Below, one piece after another: positions 27,942 through 32,000 of a stretch of DNA of 32,000 nt; position 1 is the stretch's first letter, and every line of letters starts with the position of its first letter. The notes beneath the pieces are model-generated. The model searched no databases. It was not told where the DNA came from and was given only the letters and a program-made list of their open reading frames with translations. A program made the position numbers and the translations under genes. Source of the DNA: Polynucleobacter necessarius (GTDB lineage Bacteria > Pseudomonadota > Gammaproteobacteria > Burkholderiales > Burkholderiaceae). The stretch covers positions 1-32,000 of the forward strand of contig NZ_LT606950.1 in NCBI RefSeq assembly GCF_900095195.1, written 5' to 3'.

Positions 27942-30900
27942 ATGACTACACAAATCAAATCAGATCTTCGCCCAATCGCTCAAGGTTTATATGACCCTAG
28001 TAATGAGCATGATGCTTGTGGTGTCGGATTCGTAGCGCACATTAAGGGTAAGAAATCCCACGAGATCGTTTCCCAAGGTCTGAAGATTTTGGAGAATTTA
28101 GATCACCGGGGCGCGGTAGGCGCTGATCCGCTGATGGGCGATGGCGCAGGAATTTTGATTCAGATTCCAGACACTTTGTATCGGGAAGAGATGGCTAAAC
28201 AAGGCGTCACATTGCCACCGTTAGGTGAGTATGGCGTAGGCATGATTTTCTTGCCGAAAGAGCATGCATCACGTTTGGCCTGCGAACAGGAATTGGAGCG
28301 CACTGTGCGCTTGGAGGGACAAGTCGTTTTAGGTTGGAGAGACGTTCCGGTTGATGTGAAGTTACCGATGTCGCCCACAGTGCAAATGACTGAGCCATTC
28401 ATTCGGCAAATTTTTATTGGCCGTGGCCGTGACATTATGACTACTGATGCACTTGAGCGTAAGTTGTATGTCATTCGTAAAACCGCAAGCCATGCGATTC
28501 AAGATTTGCATCTCAAGCATGGCAAAGAATATTTTGTTGCATCAATGTCTGCACGCACGATTGTGTACAAGGGTTTGCTCTTGGCGAATCAAGTGGGCGC
28601 CTACTATCAAGACTTGCAAGATCCGCGCACTGTATCGGCTCTGGCCTTGGTGCATCAACGTTTCTCCACAAATACTTTCCCAGCTTGGGAGCTGGCTCAC
28701 CCGTATCGCATGATTGCCCACAACGGAGAAATCAATACGGTTAAAGGTAATGTCAACTGGGTTAAGGCACGTGAAGGTGCAATTAGCTCCCCAGTGCTGG
28801 GGGACGACTTACAAAAACTTTGGCCCTTAATTTATCCAGGTCAATCTGATACTGCATGTTTTGATAACTGCTTAGAGTTGTTGGTGATGTCTGGATATCC
28901 ACTGGCGCAAGCCATGATGATGATGATTCCAGAAGCATGGGAACATCATACATTGATGGATGACAATCGTCGTGCGTTCTATGAATATCACGCATCGATG
29001 ATGGAGCCATGGGACGGTCCAGCAGCAATGGCATTTACGGACGGTCGTCAAATTGGCGCAACATTGGACCGCAACGGTTTACGTCCAGCGCGCTACTACG
29101 TAATCGATGATGATTTGGTCATCATGGCTTCTGAGGCGGGTGTATTACCGATTCCGGAAAGCAAGATTGTTCAAAAATGGCGCTTGCAGCCAGGCAAGAT
29201 GTTCATGATCGATATGGAGCAGGGCCGCATCATTGATGACGTTGAGCTCAAGAATGCCGTTTCTAAAGCCAAGCCGTATAAGAGCTGGATTGATGCGGTT
29301 CGCGTGAAGCTTGATGAAGTTGACGCTAGCAAAGCGGACTTGATCGATGAAAAGACCACCATTCGTCCAGCAGCCAAGCTGCTCGATCGTCAGCAGGCGT
29401 TTGGTTACACCCAAGAAGACATTAAGTACCTCATGGCTCCAATGGCCATGAATGGTGAAGAGGCGATTGGGTCGATGGGTAACGATAGTCCGTTGGCCGT
29501 ACTCTCCAATAAGAATAAGCCGCTATATAATTACTTCAAACAGTTGTTTGCGCAGGTGGCCAATCCGCCGATTGATCCTATTCGTGAAAACATGGTGATG
29601 TCTTTGGTTTCTTTCATTGGTCCAAAGCCAAACTTGTTAGATACCAACAACATCAATCCTCCAATGCGACTAGAAGTGAGTCAGCCAATTTTGGATTTTG
29701 ATGACATCACGAAGATTCGTCACATTGGCCACTACACCAATGGCAAGTTCCAATCCTATGAGTTGGACATTTGCTATCCAGTAGCCTGGGGCAAGGCAGG
29801 TATTGAGGCGCGCTTGGCTTCTCTGTGTGCAGAAGCTGCCGATGCTGTTCGCTCTGGTTACAACATTTTGATCGTGAGTGATCGTCAAGTGGATGAGAAG
29901 CATGTTGCTATTCCAGCATTATTGGCAACTTCTGCTATCCATCAACATTTGGTTCAAAAAGGACTACGTAATAGTGTGGGCCTCGTGGTTGAAACAGGCA
30001 GCGCTCGTGAGACTCATCACTTTGCGCTCTTGGCGGGTTATGGGGCTGAAGCTGTTCACCCATATTTGGCAATGGAAACCTTGGTCGATATGGCCAAAGG
30101 TTTGTCAGGCGACTTGTCTGGCGAAAAAGCAGTGAAGAATTTTGTCAAAGCTGTTGGTAAAGGCCTTCAAAAAGTTATGTCCAAAATGGGTATCTCGACT
30201 TACATGTCGTATACCGGCTCACAAATTTTTGAAGCCATTGGTTTGAACCGCGACATTATTGATCAATACTTTAAAGGGACACCATCTAACGTGGGTGGTA
30301 TCGGTGTATTCGAAGTAGCTGAAGAAGTCTTACGTATGCACAGCGCTGCTTTTGGAAATGATCCCGTTCTAACGAATATGCTCGACGCTGGTGGTGAATA
30401 CGCCTTCCGTATTCGTGGTGAGAACCATATGTGGACTCCTGACACTATCGCGAAGTTGCAACACTCAACACGTATTGGTGCTGATAAGGGGTATCAGATT
30501 TATAAAGAGTACGCCAACATCATTAATGACCAAACCAAGCGTCAAATGACCTTGCGCGGCTTATTTGAGTTCAAGCTTGATCCAAGCAAAGCCATTCCAT
30601 TGGATAAAGTTGAGCCGGCGAAAGAGATCGTGAAGCGTTTTGCAACGGGCGCGATGTCTTTGGGATCCATTTCAACTGAAGCGCATGCCACTTTGGCGAT
30701 TGCGATGAACCGTATTGGTGGTAAGTCCAATACAGGAGAGGGCGGTGAAGATCCAAACCGCTACGTTAACGAACTCAAAGGTATTCCGATTAAGAAAGGC
30801 GAAACCCTTTCGGGTATTTTGGGAAGTGAAGTAGTCGAAGCCAATATTCCATTGGAAGATGGCGATTCTTTGCGCTCCAAAATTAAACAAGTTGCGTCAG

Positions 30901-32000
30901 GTCGTTTTGGGGTCACTACAGAATATCTCCGTTCTGCCGATCAATTGCAGATTAAAATGGCGCAGGGCGCAAAACCTGGCGAAGGCGGTCAATTGCCTGG
31001 CGGAAAAGTATCCGATTACATTGGTAAATTACGTTTCTCAGTTCCGGGAGTCGGTTTGATTTCGCCTCCTCCGCACCATGATATTTATTCGATTGAAGAT
31101 ATTGCTCAGCTCATTCACGACCTGAAGAATGTCAATCCGAAAGCAGACGTTTCAGTAAAGCTGGTTTCCGAGGTTGGAGTGGGAACTGTTGCCGCTGGTG
31201 TTGCTAAGGCAAAAGCAGATCACGTAGTCATCGCTGGTCATGATGGCGGTACAGGCGCATCTCCACTGTCCTCTATTAAGCATGCTGGCTCTCCATGGGA
31301 GCTTGGTCTAGCTGAGACTCAACAGACATTGGTGCTTAATGGATTGCGTAGCCGTATTCGTGTTCAGGCCGATGGCCAGATGAAGACTGGTCGCGACGTG
31401 GTGATTGGCGCTCTATTGGGCGCAGATGAGTTTGTTTTTGCTACAGCCCCCCTAGTCGTTGAAGGTTGCATCATGATGCGTAAGTGTCACCTCAATACCT
31501 GCCCAGTGGGCGTTGCAACTCAAGACCCCGAATTGCGCAAGAAGTTCTCTGGCAAGCCTGAGCATGTAGCGAACTTCTTCTTCTTCATTGCGGAAGAAGC
31601 GCGCGAAATCATGGCGCAACTGGGCATTCGAAAGTTTGATGACTTAATTGGTCGCGTTGACTTACTCGACACCCGTAAAGGTATTGAAAACTGGAAAGTG
31701 CATGGTTTGGACTTCAGCAAAATTTTTGCTGAGCCACAAGTAGCTGGTGATGTGCCACGTTATCAAGTGCTAACTCAAGACCATGGTCTTGAAAATGCAC
31801 TCGACAATATTTTGATTGAGAAGAGTAAGCCCGCTTTAGAGCGTGGCGAGAAAGTCTCCTTTATCGTCCCTGTGAAAAACGTGAACCGTACTGTCGGTGC
31901 AATGCTGTCTGGCGAAGTAGTGCAACGTTATGGCCATGCAGGTTTACCGGATGACACGATCCACATCCAGTTGAATGGCACTGCAGGCCAGAGTTTTGCG
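27942..32000 (+). CDS. gltB: Glutamate synthase (NADPH) large subunit, N-terminal 1353 codons (3' end outside window)
   Basis: My own translation from ATG 27942 gives [36 protein letters not shown] (Ntn-amidotransferase Cys), ...[29 protein letters not shown]..., the FMN domain [10 protein letters not shown] and the 3Fe-4S cysteines [15 protein letters not shown]. The frame is open to position 32000, so it is not listed in the track. Confidence 0.96.
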   Translation, partial: MTTQIKSDLRPIAQGLYDPSNEHDACGVGFVAHIKGKKSHEIVSQGLKILENLDHRGAVGADPLMGDGAGILIQIPDTLYREEMAKQGVTLPPLGEYGVGMIFLPKEHASRLACEQELERTVRLEGQVVLGWRDVPVDVKLPMSPTVQMTEPFIRQIFIGRGRDIMTTDALERKLYVIRKTASHAIQDLHLKHGKEYFVASMSARTIVYKGLLLANQVGAYYQDLQDPRTVSALALVHQRFSTNTFPAWELAHPYRMIAHNGEINTVKGNVNWVKAREGAISSPVLGDDLQKLWPLIYPGQSDTACFDNCLELLVMSGYPLAQAMMMMIPEAWEHHTLMDDNRRAFYEYHASMMEPWDGPAAMAFTDGRQIGATLDRNGLRPARYYVIDDDLVIMASEAGVLPIPESKIVQKWRLQPGKMFMIDMEQGRIIDDVELKNAVSKAKPYKSWIDAVRVKLDEVDASKADLIDEKTTIRPAAKLLDRQQAFGYTQEDIKYLMAPMAMNGEEAIGSMGNDSPLAVLSNKNKPLYNYFKQLFAQVANPPIDPIRENMVMSLVSFIGPKPNLLDTNNINPPMRLEVSQPILDFDDITKIRHIGHYTNGKFQSYELDICYPVAWGKAGIEARLASLCAEAADAVRSGYNILIVSDRQVDEKHVAIPALLATSAIHQHLVQKGLRNSVGLVVETGSARETHHFALLAGYGAEAVHPYLAMETLVDMAKGLSGDLSGEKAVKNFVKAVGKGLQKVMSKMGISTYMSYTGSQIFEAIGLNRDIIDQYFKGTPSNVGGIGVFEVAEEVLRMHSAAFGNDPVLTNMLDAGGEYAFRIRGENHMWTPDTIAKLQHSTRIGADKGYQIYKEYANIINDQTKRQMTLRGLFEFKLDPSKAIPLDKVEPAKEIVKRFATGAMSLGSISTEAHATLAIAMNRIGGKSNTGEGGEDPNRYVNELKGIPIKKGETLSGILGSEVVEANIPLEDGDSLRSKIKQVASGRFGVTTEYLRSADQLQIKMAQGAKPGEGGQLPGGKVSDYIGKLRFSVPGVGLISPPPHHDIYSIEDIAQLIHDLKNVNPKADVSVKLVSEVGVGTVAAGVAKAKADHVVIAGHDGGTGASPLSSIKHAGSPWELGLAETQQTLVLNGLRSRIRVQADGQMKTGRDVVIGALLGADEFVFATAPLVVEGCIMMRKCHLNTCPVGVATQDPELRKKFSGKPEHVANFFFFIAEEAREIMAQLGIRKFDDLIGRVDLLDTRKGIENWKVHGLDFSKIFAEPQVAGDVPRYQVLTQDHGLENALDNILIEKSKPALERGEKVSFIVPVKNVNRTVGAMLSGEVVQRYGHAGLPDDTIHIQLNGTAGQSFA

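Noticed and set aside
28160-31720. Eleven 60-104-aa ORFs listed across 28160-31720. The track shows no large ORF here, which at first made the region look like non-coding or novel small-gene territory.
   Set aside because: Frame 3 from ATG 27942 is open through position 32000 and encodes a textbook GltB large subunit. The track omits it only because it has no stop in the window. The listed ORFs are shadows.

Overview
Chromosomal core segment of a moderately AT-rich betaproteobacterium. The gene order looks like Burkholderiales; a reduced Polynucleobacter-type genome is my guess, by inference only.

- **1-14.7 kb:** the 3' end of tuf, then the complete S10-spc-alpha ribosomal superoperon (26 r-protein genes plus secY, infA and rpoA). 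rpmJ at 11594-11710 is missing from the ORF track because it is shorter than 60 aa.
- **14.7-22.9 kb:** cutA (interrupted by an in-frame TAG) coupled to dsbD, then the convergent engB-hemB pair, a dihaem cytochrome c4, lptM-lysA divergent from cyaY, and aroK-aroB.
- **22.9-24.8 kb:** a collapsed, frame-disrupted remnant of the type IV pilus pilMNOPQ cluster.
- **24.8-32 kb:** mrcA (PBP1A), a solitary REP-associated tyrosine transposase (RAYT) homologue, and the first 4 kb of gltB. gltB is open to the window edge, so it is also absent from the ORF track.

I saw no rRNA, tRNA, CRISPR, prophage, or recognisable defence or toxin module, and I do not find a convincing novel multi-gene system.

The signals most worth a second look are:
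- three inactivating lesions in accessory genes within about 10 kb (a cutA nonsense codon and two frame breaks in the pil remnant);
- the architecture of the pil remnant itself;
- the solitary RAYT;
- three unusually long, structured spacers inside the otherwise tightly packed r-protein cluster.

All homology calls are by-eye motif recognition, not database searches.
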